Translations under genes and position numbers: made by a program
In this document: piece after piece, positions 27,503 through 37,686 of the stretch
Numbering within the stretch: position 1 is the stretch's first letter
How the letters are laid out: every line of letters starts with the position of its first letter
Assembly: GCA_937952265.1 (NCBI GenBank)
Contig: CALFYW010000016.1
Coordinates: forward strand, 334,661 to 398,660
DNA: 64,000 nt
Direction: 5' to 3'
Source of the DNA: an uncultured bacterium
GTDB lineage: Bacteria > Patescibacteriota > Minisyncoccia > Phycocordibacterales > GCA-2401445
The notes under the pieces: generated by a model
Seen by the model: only the letters and a program-made list of their open reading frames with translations
What the model was told of the DNA's origin: nothing
The model's database searches: none

Positions 27503-28267
27503 TTATAAGTAATCGAGGAGTCTTTCGTAATTGATAAAGTCAAAGAGCTGGTACCCGTATTGAATCGTAAGCCCGAAGTTGTCAGTTGCCAATAAAATCC
27601 CAAGAAGAATAAGGAAGATGCCCCCGATGATTGAAACCCATGTTACGTATTTTGAAATCCTTTCAATATAGTTAGTTGCCTGAGAGAAGGTAAAGGCAAT
27701 AATCAGAAAGGGTATCGCGAGTCCGAATGAGAAAATAGAGAGCATCAACCCTCCTTCTAACGCGGTTCCAGAAGTTCCCGCGAGCAAAAGAATAGAGGCA
27801 AGGATTGGGCCGACACAGGGTGTCCATCCAAGCGCGAAGGTTCCACCAATGAAGAAAGAGCTCGATGGTTTGCCAAGGTGCAACCATTGAGGGATGGGAA
27901 TTCGTTTATAGTTTTGAAAAAAAGAAAGTTTGAATACACCGAGCATAAATAAACCAAAAAGAATCACCAGAATTCCTCCAATACGCGCAAGCCAGATCCG
28001 GTATGGCGCAAGCGCGGTTCCGGCAAAACCAGCAAGCATACCAAACGCGATAAAGATAAAAGAAAACCCAACGATAAACGCAAGGCCGTTTAAGAATATC
28101 TTTCGACGCGCCACTTTTCTAGTCTGGGGATTCTTCAGCGCTTCCTGATCAACACCACTAATAAATCCAAGATACGCGGGCACTAACGGCAGGGTGCATG
28201 GTGCAAGAAAGGTGAGGATTCCTGCGAAAAATGAGGCAATTACAAATCCGATACTAAGTTCAATCAT
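27503..28267 (-). CDS. ccdA: CcdA/DsbD-family membrane electron transporter
   Basis: FLAPCTLPLVPAY and WTPCVGPIL. Confidence 0.92.
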   Translation of the reverse strand: MIELSIGFVIASFFAGILTFLAPCTLPLVPAYLGFISGVDQEALKNPQTRKVARRKIFLNGLAFIVGFSFIFIAFGMLAGFAGTALAPYRIWLARIGGILVILFGLFMLGVFKLSFFQNYKRIPIPQWLHLGKPSSSFFIGGTFALGWTPCVGPILASILLLAGTSGTALEGGLMLSIFSFGLAIPFLIIAFTFSQATNYIERISKYVTWVSIIGGIFLILLGILLATDNFGLTIQYGYQLFDFINYERLLDYL

Positions 28268-28271
28268 ATAT

Positions 28272-28793
28272 TTATTTAATAAGGTTATTGGTATGTTCGC
28301 GCATCTCGTCTAATTCCATGGGTCCGCGTTTATGTACCATAATCTCTCCTTTATTATTTACAAATATCGTCTCCGGCATAGAGAATCCGCCGATTGATTT
28401 ATAAAATGAATCTGATGGATCAAGTAGAAAGACCATGTCATCGGTGATACCGAGCTCATCGGTATAGCTTTTTGCTTTCTCTAAAGACTCTCGCCGATCA
28501 ATAGCGATGACAACCACTTCATCAGCGAATTCTTTTTGAAGTTGTGCAAAATCAGGGAGCTCTTTCCGACAGAAAGGGCACCACACCGCCCAACTATTGA
28601 TCACGAGTGGCTGACCACGGAATGTTTCTAACGAAACCTCATTTCCTTGGTAATTGAGAAGTGACGCGTTAGAGAAAGCATCAAAATCACTTGTCGTTAC
28701 CCTTGTTGAGATATTGCGATGGTCTCTCAAAAAAATCCATGCCCCGGTAATGATGGTTAACAGTAGTAAGCCTAAAATGAGAAATTTTTTCAT
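28272..28793 (-). CDS. TlpA/ResA-family thiol-disulfide oxidoreductase
   Basis: TM anchor; WAVWCPFCRKELP; MPETIFV. Confidence 0.92.
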   Translation of the reverse strand: MKKFLILGLLLLTIITGAWIFLRDHRNISTRVTTSDFDAFSNASLLNYQGNEVSLETFRGQPLVINSWAVWCPFCRKELPDFAQLQKEFADEVVVIAIDRRESLEKAKSYTDELGITDDMVFLLDPSDSFYKSIGGFSMPETIFVNNKGEIMVHKRGPMELDEMREHTNNLIK

Positions 28794-28794
28794 A

Positions 28795-29490
28795 TTAATT
28801 GTTTCGTGCGCGTTCAATAATACCTAATATCTGCTCATATGGTAATGCGCCACTGAATGAGATGAGTTGGTTATCTTCGGTAACGACGATGACATGTGGT
28901 GTACCTCGTCCTCCCATGAGAGCTACTTCAGTTAAATCACGCTCAATTTCTTTTATGATTTCGGAATCTTTTAAACAGGTAGCAAATATGTTGGAGTCGA
29001 TCTCAGCTCTATTAACAAATGATGTATAAAAAGCGTTATCTAATTTTCTCTGATTTTTAAACGCGGTGTCGGTAAAATCCCAAAAATCACTATTTCCACC
29101 ACTACGAGCAATACACTCAGAGGCAATGGCCGCGGAAAACGCGCGCGCGTGAGTAGTGAGAGGAAAGTGTCGGTATATCCATGCCACATCCTCATTTTCC
29201 TTAATGATTCGGTCAAGAGTTATGTGTAGGCGCGCACAAAAGGGACACTCAAAATCACTGAACTCAACAATTTTTATTGGTGCTTGAGGATTTCCTCGTA
29301 TATGGTCGCCAGCGTTTGGCATTCTAAATTCACTAACCCGTGGTGTGCTTACGAATCCCTCGTTATCGCTATTGCGGTGCGGCCTATACTCGCTATTGGT
29401 ATTCACAAAGACAATTGCACCCGCAATAAGTACTCCGGTAACAACAATTCCAAGTGGTGCGCCGTACCCGCTTTGTGTATTTTTCTTCAT
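28795..29490 (-). CDS. DsbA-family (thioredoxin_4) oxidoreductase
   Basis: EFSDFECPFC, RHFPL, GTP cis-Pro loop. Confidence 0.92.
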   Translation of the reverse strand: MKKNTQSGYGAPLGIVVTGVLIAGAIVFVNTNSEYRPHRNSDNEGFVSTPRVSEFRMPNAGDHIRGNPQAPIKIVEFSDFECPFCARLHITLDRIIKENEDVAWIYRHFPLTTHARAFSAAIASECIARSGGNSDFWDFTDTAFKNQRKLDNAFYTSFVNRAEIDSNIFATCLKDSEIIKEIERDLTEVALMGGRGTPHVIVVTEDNQLISFSGALPYEQILGIIERARNN

Positions 29491-29501
29491 ATATTTACGC
29501 A

Positions 29502-30554
29502 TTATCGAAATAGTTCTGTCTCTGGGTGTACCGCGAGCCATGAGAACCAAAACCCAGGAATTGAAGGAAGCACGTCACCGTTTGCGGTAAACATGATTTC
29601 TCCCAAATCGGTTTTTGTGATCACGATATTTTTTTGGGCGAATGTGTCAGTAACGGTGCCCGAGAATGCGTCATGGTGGTATGCTTTATATTTCCCATCT
29701 ATTTCAATTCCATGCACGAGCGCCTTTGGGTGGAGCCGGGTGTCATTGAACGATGCGCCGAATGACACTGATTCACTGGTATAATAATCACCATAGGGAT
29801 CACGATGGTAGTCTTGTGTTGCGCCGGTATTCTCTGAGAGCACTTTCGTATCGGGGTACTTCTCTCTCCAATCGCCAAAACGAACCACGTCAGATCGTAT
29901 AATGCGAAGTCTTTTTCCGGTATGTGCTCCAAGAACTGCTTCACCGAGTACCTGCGACCATAAAGATTCCTCATCCTCATTTGCTGCACGGTTATACATT
30001 AATAGGTTTGATTGCCAGAGTCGGCCTGACACACCAAATTCTTCTATCTCTCCATCGACACGACGGTCGAACACAATACCCGTAGCGCAAAGAGGGCAGT
30101 ACGTTACCAGTACCGGTTGACCCAGAACCGTGTCGTTTACGATCTCATGCCAGACAAGAATGCGGTATGGATAGAAGCGATTTTCTCCATTGATGCTAAG
30201 CCCAAGTCCTGGATCCGCATCATTTAAGAATACTGCCTCAGATGCTTCAATAAACTCCGGGTTATCAATTGAAGGGATGCCGTCTTTACCTGGTCCTCCC
30301 GAGAGAATCTCGTTAAGTGGAATAGTGTGTTTGACTCCATCGGTTATGGAAATAGTCCTTTCACTTTGTATTGTGGGCTTTGAGTTAGATCGATTTTCAC
30401 TTTCAATTATTTCTGCAACTTCTTTTGTTACCTTTTCTTCTTTTTCGAGTGAGATGGTCTCTCCGTTTGGGATCGGGAATGTCCTACTCTCGAGATACCA
30501 TATACCGAGACCTCCGGAGAGAAGAACCAAGATTAGGATAGGTGTATATTTCAT
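29502..30554 (-). CDS. DUF3179-family protein
   Basis: GGPGKDGIPSIDNP, WHEIVND, TYCPLC, FGVSGRL, SLWSQ, FWFSW. Confidence 0.88.
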   Translation of the reverse strand: MKYTPILILVLLSGGLGIWYLESRTFPIPNGETISLEKEEKVTKEVAEIIESENRSNSKPTIQSERTISITDGVKHTIPLNEILSGGPGKDGIPSIDNPEFIEASEAVFLNDADPGLGLSINGENRFYPYRILVWHEIVNDTVLGQPVLVTYCPLCATGIVFDRRVDGEIEEFGVSGRLWQSNLLMYNRAANEDEESLWSQVLGEAVLGAHTGKRLRIIRSDVVRFGDWREKYPDTKVLSENTGATQDYHRDPYGDYYTSESVSFGASFNDTRLHPKALVHGIEIDGKYKAYHHDAFSGTVTDTFAQKNIVITKTDLGEIMFTANGDVLPSIPGFWFSWLAVHPETELFR

Positions 30555-30558
30555 AGTG

Positions 30559-30867
30559 TTACTTTAAAGCATTAATTACAGTTCTAATTTTTTTTGTAAG
30601 GTTGGTGTGGGTTGGGAAGTAACATTTTGTTCTTCCGATTCGAATACTTTTAACAACACCTCGAGCTTCAAGGTAGGCGAGTTGGTGTGAGGTTGCCGAT
30701 TGCGACAATCCAATATGCTCAGATAATTCATAGACACACAGGTTGCGCTTTGTAGAAATAAGGAGACTCATTAAATGGTAGCGGTTGATATTTGACAGTA
30801 TTCTCATTACTGACCTCGTGTCATTATGTGCTTCTCTGCTTTTTTTATTATATGATGACTTTATCAT
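30559..30867 (-). CDS. ArsR/SmtB-family transcriptional regulator
   Basis: LCVYELSEHIGLSQSATSHQLAYL winged HTH. Confidence 0.88.
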   Translation of the reverse strand: MIKSSYNKKSREAHNDTRSVMRILSNINRYHLMSLLISTKRNLCVYELSEHIGLSQSATSHQLAYLEARGVVKSIRIGRTKCYFPTHTNLTKKIRTVINALK

Positions 30868-30875
30868 ATATTCAT

Positions 30876-30904
30876 ATATTACAGAGAAGTATTTTCTCTG
30901 TCAA
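30876..30904 (-). promoter_or_regulatory. Promoter with overlapping inverted-repeat operator for the ArsR-redox operon
   Basis: TTGACA-17-TAATAT; dyad ACAGAGAA-N5-TTCTCTGT at 30881-30901. Confidence 0.65.
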
Positions 30905-30987
30905 AGATTCAGTGCTCTATTCTTGAAAATGGAAAAAAGCACCACGTATAAGAGTGATGCGTCTCCATACTAGCCCAGGTCTATTTT

Positions 30988-31072
30988 TGGTGCTGGGGGC
31001 GGGAATCGAACCCGCATGCCTTTCGACACACGATTTTGAGTCGTGCGCGTCTACCAATTCCGCCACCCCAGC
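30988..31072 (-). tRNA. tRNA-Leu(CAA)
   Basis: Anticodon loop CTCAAAA; encoded CCA. Confidence 0.96.
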
Positions 31073-31167
31073 AGCGGTGTTCATAGTGTACTTGAGAAGA
31101 GAGAAGAACACAATTAATGAGCGGTTTTTCTTTTGTTTTGGCATGATATATAATACTGAAAATAGGT

Positions 31168-32196
31168 ATGCCAGATTCGAATTTTCGAGATAATTCAATT
31201 TTTTGGATTGAGGTTGAAAAGATCGACCCCAATCCATACCAACCTCGTAATAACTTTGATGATAACAGGTTACAGGATTTGGCTGATTCAATACGTCAGT
31301 ATGGAGTACTTCAGCCGCTTGTAGTAACTCGTCGAGAAACACTCAAAGATGACGGTGGGCTTTTGGTAAGCTACGAGCTTATTGCCGGCGAGCGCAGACT
31401 TCGTGCTTCAAAAATTGCTGGTATTACGCAGGTTCCAGCAATTATTCGTTCAGGGAATGATGATGCGCGAGTGAAGCTCGAGCTTGCGATTATTGAGAAT
31501 CTTCAACGTGAAGATCTTAACCCTGTCGATCGTGCTAAAGCGTTTTATCGTCTCGGTACTGAGTTTGGGTTTAAGCATAGTGAAATTGGAAAGAAAGTTG
31601 GAAAAAGCCGTGAGTATGTCTCAAATACGCTTCGCCTACTTTCTCTGCCACAGGAAATGCTCGACGCAATGGTTCGCGGAGAGATCTATGAGGGGCATAC
31701 GCGACCACTGTTAATGCTTGCAGATCGTCCAGACCAACAACGCACGCTATTTCGAGAAATTGTGTATAAAAAAATGAATGTCCGTGAAGCGGAAGGTATT
31801 GCCCGTCGTATTGCGGTTGATCGTGCGCGAAAACGTGAGAGTGCAAGTAATCCCGAAATGATTGAACTTGAAAGTAAGCTCTCAGAATCTCTTGGTACTC
31901 GAGTCCAAATTGAGGAGCGAGAACGAGGGGGAAAAATCACCATCGACTTCTTTTCTAAAGGTGATCTTGATCATATCCTCGCATTAATTAAGTCAAACCA
32001 GGTTCGGAGTCCAACCGAGATGATGGATCGCTTCATTGAGAGTTTAAACCAGAATGGGGAGAAAACCCCTTCTCCTGAAACACCTTCGAAAGAAGAAGCT
32101 CCTCAGGATGGCACTCAACCTGAACCAGAGAAGAAGACGGAAGAGCAAAATGAAGATGACAGCGACCTCTATTCTGTAAAGAATTTCTCAATCTAA
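31168..32196 (+). CDS. parB: ParB/Spo0J partition protein
   Basis: NPYQPR, LIAGERRLRA, IENLQREDL, HTH, acidic tail. Confidence 0.95.
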   Translation: MPDSNFRDNSIFWIEVEKIDPNPYQPRNNFDDNRLQDLADSIRQYGVLQPLVVTRRETLKDDGGLLVSYELIAGERRLRASKIAGITQVPAIIRSGNDDARVKLELAIIENLQREDLNPVDRAKAFYRLGTEFGFKHSEIGKKVGKSREYVSNTLRLLSLPQEMLDAMVRGEIYEGHTRPLLMLADRPDQQRTLFREIVYKKMNVREAEGIARRIAVDRARKRESASNPEMIELESKLSESLGTRVQIEERERGGKITIDFFSKGDLDHILALIKSNQVRSPTEMMDRFIESLNQNGEKTPSPETPSKEEAPQDGTQPEPEKKTEEQNEDDSDLYSVKNFSI

Positions 32197-33756
32197 CTAA
32201 ATTTTTTTCTGTTCTTGGGCAAGGTAGGTATTGATTTGTTTTCGGGCAAGCGCGGTTTTCACGTACGCGAGCCACTTGTTTGATGGATGCGCTGACGCTT
32301 TGACGTTAATTTCAACATGATCTCCATTTTTAAGTGGGGTGTCAATGGCAACAAATTTCCCATTCACTTTTGCTCCTGCAGTGTGATTTCCGATATCGGA
32401 GTGGATTGCGTATGCAAAATCAATGGGGCTTGAGCCAATAGGAAGATCGATAACATCTCCTTTGGGAGTGAAGATAAAAACGCGCGCTTCAAAAAAGTCA
32501 GTAGTGAGGTCGTCCATAAAACCTTTTTTATCGTTATCAGAATCTTTGACCTGCACTTCTGCTAACTCTTTTACCCACCGTGGCACATCTTCATATCGAT
32601 AATGTTGCGTCTTATTAAGCGGTGTCTTGTTTGCTGTTTCGTCTTCTTCGCTATCGCTGAAGAGTGGTAGTCTAGGTAAAAGACTTTTGATCCATGCGAA
32701 CGTGTTGAATTTCTCTCCTTTCCTGGTTTCTTTGTAGCTGAAGTGCGATGCCACACCATACTCTGCTTCTTGGTGCATTTCTCGGGTGCGAATTTGGATT
32801 TCCACAATACCTCCATCACCTGTAAAAACGGTGGTATGAATACTTTGGTATCCATTTGGTTTTTCGGTAGCGATATAATCTTTAATACGCCCTGGTATTG
32901 GCTTCCACGTACCATGAATCATCCCAAGGATGGCATAGCAGTCACTTACCGTATGGGTGATGATTCTAATCGCAGCAATATCATAAATTTCTTCGATATT
33001 CATGTTCTTGCGTTTTAGTTTAAGATACAGGCTGTACAATCCTTTAACTCGATAATCAATTTCAACATCAGTAATATGCTCCCGTGCGAGTATCTTCTTG
33101 ACTGATTTTAAGGTTTTTTCAAGATATTTCTGCCCCTCTTTGCTTTTTTTGCGGAGTAGCTGTTTTGTTTCTTGATATTCTTTCGGGTGTACATATTCAA
33201 AAGCCAGATCCTCGAGCTCTCGATGAAATTTTCGGATTCCAAGTCGATACGCAAGTGGAGCGTAGATCTCAAGCGTCTCAAGTGCAATACGGTAGCGTTT
33301 TTCTTCTGGTACATATTGGAGTGTCTCCATGTTATGAAGCCGATCCGCGAGTTTAATAATAATGACACGGAGATCTTGTGCCATTGCAACAAAAAGTTTT
33401 CTCAGACTTTCCGTATAACGCTGTACTCCTTGATAACGTATTTTTCCAAGTTTAGTTACCCCTTCAACCAAAAATAAAATCTCTTCTCCAAATTTTTCTT
33501 TGAGTGTCTGGGGGTCCACCCCCGCGTCTTCAAGAGTATCGTGGAGCAGTCCTGCCGCAATGACACGAGGTCCCATTCCAATTCTCGCTAAATTCTTTGC
33601 GGTTTCAAATACATGGAGAAAATAAGGGTCTCCCGAGAATCGCTTTTCTCCTTCATGGGCATTTTTAGCAAACTCGTAGGCATCATCAATTAACTTTTCT
33701 CCCTCGGTGTCCGGGCGTGTCTCCATGAGCTTAAGAATATCCTCAATATTTTTCAT
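32197..33756 (-). CDS. RelA/SpoT homologue (HD + synthetase + TGS, no ACT domain)
   Basis: LLHDTLED, KLADRLHN, KPNGYQSIHT, EIQIRT, terminal TGS domain. Confidence 0.93.
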   Translation of the reverse strand: MKNIEDILKLMETRPDTEGEKLIDDAYEFAKNAHEGEKRFSGDPYFLHVFETAKNLARIGMGPRVIAAGLLHDTLEDAGVDPQTLKEKFGEEILFLVEGVTKLGKIRYQGVQRYTESLRKLFVAMAQDLRVIIIKLADRLHNMETLQYVPEEKRYRIALETLEIYAPLAYRLGIRKFHRELEDLAFEYVHPKEYQETKQLLRKKSKEGQKYLEKTLKSVKKILAREHITDVEIDYRVKGLYSLYLKLKRKNMNIEEIYDIAAIRIITHTVSDCYAILGMIHGTWKPIPGRIKDYIATEKPNGYQSIHTTVFTGDGGIVEIQIRTREMHQEAEYGVASHFSYKETRKGEKFNTFAWIKSLLPRLPLFSDSEEDETANKTPLNKTQHYRYEDVPRWVKELAEVQVKDSDNDKKGFMDDLTTDFFEARVFIFTPKGDVIDLPIGSSPIDFAYAIHSDIGNHTAGAKVNGKFVAIDTPLKNGDHVEINVKASAHPSNKWLAYVKTALARKQINTYLAQEQKKI

Positions 33757-33802
33757 AGCGTTAGTATAACACCTCTTTTTCGCTCATCCGAGAATTGGGT
33801 AT

Positions 33803-33829
33803 AAAAAACCGCCTACACGTGTAGGCGGT
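33803..33829 (-). terminator. Terminator after the NUDIX gene
   Basis: AAAAAACCGCCTACACGTGTAGGCGGT. Confidence 0.7.
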
Positions 33830-33853
33830 GTGATATTCTCTACCAATAGGTTT

Positions 33854-34339
33854 TTAACCCTTCAGATGCGCGAACCCATCTTTGATGGTTTGTATTTCGT
33901 CCGGAAACATTGCGATGACTCTCCGATCGTTGACACCTTCCGCTTTGCTGAATTTGCGGACATCTTTGATGTCCGAGATCTCATCTTCCCTGATGAGGCG
34001 AAGCCCACCGGTTCCGGGATGGGGTCGGAATTGCCGGACCGTGAAAAAAGGAACACTTTTGATAAAAGAAACCACCCGTGTTTTCTTGGATGAAGAGAGT
34101 GCTATCACAGGTAACAGGTATGAATAATCGATACCAATCTCCTCTATGATCTCACGTTTAAGTGCTTCCTGCGGATTTTCTCCGTCATGAAGCTTTCCAT
34201 GCACGGTAATTTGATGTGCCCCCGGCCATGACTCACTTCTCTGAGTTTCAAAATTCCAAGCACCACGTGCTTGGAGTATTCCGTGCAACGTTCCATTGAT
34301 GCTCGTAAATACCAATAGTCCTACTGACGTCGTTTTCAA
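33854..34339 (-). CDS. NUDIX hydrolase
   Basis: GKLHDGENPQEALKREIIEEIG Nudix box; SD AAGGAGG before TTG start. Confidence 0.82.
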   Translation of the reverse strand: MKTTSVGLLVFTSINGTLHGILQARGAWNFETQRSESWPGAHQITVHGKLHDGENPQEALKREIIEEIGIDYSYLLPVIALSSSKKTRVVSFIKSVPFFTVRQFRPHPGTGGLRLIREDEISDIKDVRKFSKAEGVNDRRVIAMFPDEIQTIKDGFAHLKG

Positions 34340-34406
34340 TGAACCTCCTTTTCTGTTAAGGGTTTTTTCTGGAGGTCACTTTAACACAAGGTGTTTTTGG
34401 GTCAAG

Positions 34407-36593
34407 TTATTTTTTGACCCCTTTCTTTGTACCTCTGCGTCTTCGCACCTTTTCTTCCTTGAGAATTTCAAGCGCGCGCGGAAGCTCGATAGTATACACA
34501 TCGTCTTCTTTGAGAGATCGGAAATCTCCATCATGGACGATGTAGGGTCCAAAACGGCCGATATTTGCAGTAATTTCATTTCCTGTTGTTGGGTGTGTTC
34601 CGAGTATCCGTGGCAAACTCAAAAGTTTGAGTGCTTCTTTCATGGTAATCTGAGCAGGGTCCATTTCTTTCGGAATACTTGCTCGTCGGGGTTTTTTATT
34701 CGTCTTTGTCTTTTCTCCAAGTTGAAGGTATGGCCCGAATCTTCCGTCAAGTAGAAAGATTGGTTCTTGAGTTTCCGGATGTGTGCCAATTGGCTTACTC
34801 GGCTCGATCTCTTTTCCTTCGAGCGTGCGCATTCCATCACATGTAGGAAAGGTGTTACAGCTAAGAAATTTTCCTCCTCGGCCAAGCTTTATGACCATCG
34901 CACTTTTACACTTTGGACATCGAATATCTTGGGGGGCCTCACCAAGTGTCGTAATCTTTGCGGTCTTTTCTTTTTCTGAGACTTCTTTGTGGAACGGGGT
35001 GTAAAACGTAGCAAGGGTTTCCTCGTATTCACGTTTCCCTTCGGCAATATCATCGAGCTTATCTTCCATTTCTGCCGTAAATGAATCGCTCACATAGGTT
35101 GTGAAGTTTTCCTCGAGAAACGAACTCACCACTTCTCCGGTGTCAGTTGGTTTCAATGATCGGTTTATTTTTTCAACGTATCCTCGGTCTTCGAGTGTCT
35201 TCATAATGCTTGCATACGTTGATGGTCGGCCAATGCCTCGCTTCTCTAGTTCTTTAACCAATCCTGCCTCCGTATAACGTGATGGTGGTTGGGTTTCTTT
35301 CTCTTCTGAAGCAATGTCTTGCAAGGTTAAAGGATCATCATTTTTTACTTTTGGAATTTCAACATCTTCTCCACGAGCTCTCGGATCAGCTCTAAGCCAT
35401 CCATCGAACGTAACGCGAGAACCAGTGATCGTGAATGGGGGGAAATCGGTATCCGTGGGTCCTCCGGTGATCCCCGCAGTTACTTTTGTGCGCATAAGTT
35501 TTGCGGGAGCCATCTGTGAAGCAATGGTTCGTCCCCAGATAAGCTCGTATAATTTTTTCTGTTCAGGAGTTGTTCCTGCGTGGGCTTTTGTACAATTGGT
35601 TGGTCGTATTGCCTCATGCGCTTCTTGCGCGTTTTTGCTTTTTTTGGAGAAGGTGTGGGGTTCGTAATAGGTATCACCGAACGCTTTCTTCACGGTCGTC
35701 TCAATTTGCTTGAGCGCAACGGCACTCAATGATGTGCTATCGGTGCGCATATAGGTAATGAATCCTCGTTCATAGAGGCGTTGGGCGATTGCCATTGTTC
35801 GTGCGGGAGAAAAACCAAGTCTCGAGCTCGCCGCTTGTTGGAGTGTTGAGGTGATGAAAGGCGCCCGCGGAGCACGTTTTACTTCGGTTTCAGCTACATC
35901 GTTTATTTTCCATGGGTGATTCTTTCCGAGAGTGATAATTTCATTCACGCGATTCTGATCCCGAGGTTCTTCGGTAGAGGTAAGCACGAGATTTTCTTTG
36001 CTCACAGTTTCCACCTGTGCGGTGATAATGAAATAGTGCTCGGGCTTAAAAGCTTTGATTTCCCGCTCACGTTCAACCAAGATTCGCAACGCTGGAGATT
36101 GTACACGTCCTGCGGAAAGTCCATATCGAACCTTTTTCCAGATTAAACCAGATAGATCATAGCCAACCAGACGGTCGAGTACGCGACGGGCCTCTTGAGC
36201 ACGACGCAAATCAGTATCAATAGTGCGGGGATGTTCAATTGCTTCCTGGACCGCGTCTTTGGTAATTTCATGGAAGACCACGCGTTTGGGGCGTGAGAGC
36301 CCGACGGCTTCTTTGATATGCCACGCAATGGCTTCTCCTTCGCGGTCAAGGTCAGTCGCGAGCACAATTTCATCAGCGCGGTCTGCAAGTTCTCGTATTT
36401 CCTCGACAATATGTTCTTTACCTTTAACAATTTCATAGTGTGGCAAAAAACCGCGGTCGATATCAATCGCTTTTTTATTGCTTTTCGGAAGATCTCGAAT
36501 GTGTCCTACTGATGCTTTTACGGTGTAGGCATTATCAAGATATTTTGCAATGGTCTTTGCTTTTGCGGGTGATTCAACAATGAGCAACTTCAT
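34407..36593 (-). CDS. topA: DNA topoisomerase I
   Basis: VESPAKAK, DREGEAI, AGRVQS, ITYMRTD, one Zn ribbon and Topo-C repeats. Confidence 0.97.
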   Translation of the reverse strand: MKLLIVESPAKAKTIAKYLDNAYTVKASVGHIRDLPKSNKKAIDIDRGFLPHYEIVKGKEHIVEEIRELADRADEIVLATDLDREGEAIAWHIKEAVGLSRPKRVVFHEITKDAVQEAIEHPRTIDTDLRRAQEARRVLDRLVGYDLSGLIWKKVRYGLSAGRVQSPALRILVEREREIKAFKPEHYFIITAQVETVSKENLVLTSTEEPRDQNRVNEIITLGKNHPWKINDVAETEVKRAPRAPFITSTLQQAASSRLGFSPARTMAIAQRLYERGFITYMRTDSTSLSAVALKQIETTVKKAFGDTYYEPHTFSKKSKNAQEAHEAIRPTNCTKAHAGTTPEQKKLYELIWGRTIASQMAPAKLMRTKVTAGITGGPTDTDFPPFTITGSRVTFDGWLRADPRARGEDVEIPKVKNDDPLTLQDIASEEKETQPPSRYTEAGLVKELEKRGIGRPSTYASIMKTLEDRGYVEKINRSLKPTDTGEVVSSFLEENFTTYVSDSFTAEMEDKLDDIAEGKREYEETLATFYTPFHKEVSEKEKTAKITTLGEAPQDIRCPKCKSAMVIKLGRGGKFLSCNTFPTCDGMRTLEGKEIEPSKPIGTHPETQEPIFLLDGRFGPYLQLGEKTKTNKKPRRASIPKEMDPAQITMKEALKLLSLPRILGTHPTTGNEITANIGRFGPYIVHDGDFRSLKEDDVYTIELPRALEILKEEKVRRRRGTKKGVKK

Positions 36594-36773
36594 AATAGGT
36601 AGGTCCAGTATTACACGAAAATAAAAAAGGATGCAATATTTTAGGAGTGTCTAATGTAAAAAAACCCAACCACTATTTCGCACGAAGCAAAACAATGATT
36701 GGGTTTAACGAAAGGATGCATAGAAGCACCACTCCCTCCTATAAAAACATAATAAGTGATATTTTACAAGTGC

Positions 36774-37649
36774 TTATCGAATTGATATGGTTCCGAGTCT
36801 TTCCTCAATAATACCGTTGATTTCCATACGAGAAATGAGTACTTGTGCTTCGTGAAGAGGGAGTCCGCTTTGTTCAATGAGTTGGTCTCGAGTGATCGGC
36901 TCTCGAATCAGATAGAGAATTTTCTGCTCCGCTTTAGATACATTTTTAAGCGCTTCGCGCGCAGGTGTTTTTGCTTCTATACCGAGTGCTTCAATGATAT
37001 CACCGCTTGTGGCAACAGGAGTTGCTCCTAATCGTATCAACATAAAAGGCCCCTCCGAAGTCTTTGAGAAGATAGATCCTGGGATGGTGAGGACCTCGCG
37101 ATTGTAGTCAGTGGCTAAGCGTGATGTGATGAGCGTTCCGGATTTTTTCTCGGCTTCGACGACGAGCACGGCGTGCCCGATGCCTGCCATGATCCGATTA
37201 CGTTGCGGAAAACTCCATGGCGTTGCCTTAAAGCCTGATTTAAATTCTGAAATAAGTGCTCCGCCACGCACGAGAATCATCTCTGCAAGTCCGTGGTTTG
37301 ATTTTGGATACAATGCTTCTACTCCAAGTCCTGACCCGGGAATGGCAACAGTGGGGAGCTTAGCGGCAAGTGCGGCTCGGTGCGCGAAGGTATCAATTCC
37401 GAGTGCCAAACCGGAGACAATGACAATTGGATATCCGCGTAACCCAGCAATCAGTTTTTCACAGACGCTTCGCCCGTAATCACTATATCGTCGCGCTCCC
37501 ACCACGGTGAGAAATTGGTGAGCAGTATCGGGAAGCGCTCCTTTAATATAGAGCTTATCCGGAGCATCGGGAATTTCTTTTAGGTTGTCAGGGAATTTCT
37601 CTTGAGTCAGCACGCGCTCCTCATAGCGATGATATTGGTTGAGCACCAT
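36774..37649 (-). CDS. dprA: DNA-processing protein DprA
   Basis: VVGAR, VSGLALGID, FPQRNRI, EAEKKSG; adjacent to topA. Confidence 0.95.
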   Translation of the reverse strand: MVLNQYHRYEERVLTQEKFPDNLKEIPDAPDKLYIKGALPDTAHQFLTVVGARRYSDYGRSVCEKLIAGLRGYPIVIVSGLALGIDTFAHRAALAAKLPTVAIPGSGLGVEALYPKSNHGLAEMILVRGGALISEFKSGFKATPWSFPQRNRIMAGIGHAVLVVEAEKKSGTLITSRLATDYNREVLTIPGSIFSKTSEGPFMLIRLGATPVATSGDIIEALGIEAKTPAREALKNVSKAEQKILYLIREPITRDQLIEQSGLPLHEAQVLISRMEINGIIEERLGTISIR

Positions 37650-37686
37650 ATTTGTTTATTTTACCATTTTTCCCTATACTAATTGC

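Noticed and set aside
30917-31342. 141-aa and 83-aa minus-strand ORFs
   Set aside because: They run through tRNA-Leu(CAA) and antisense to parB
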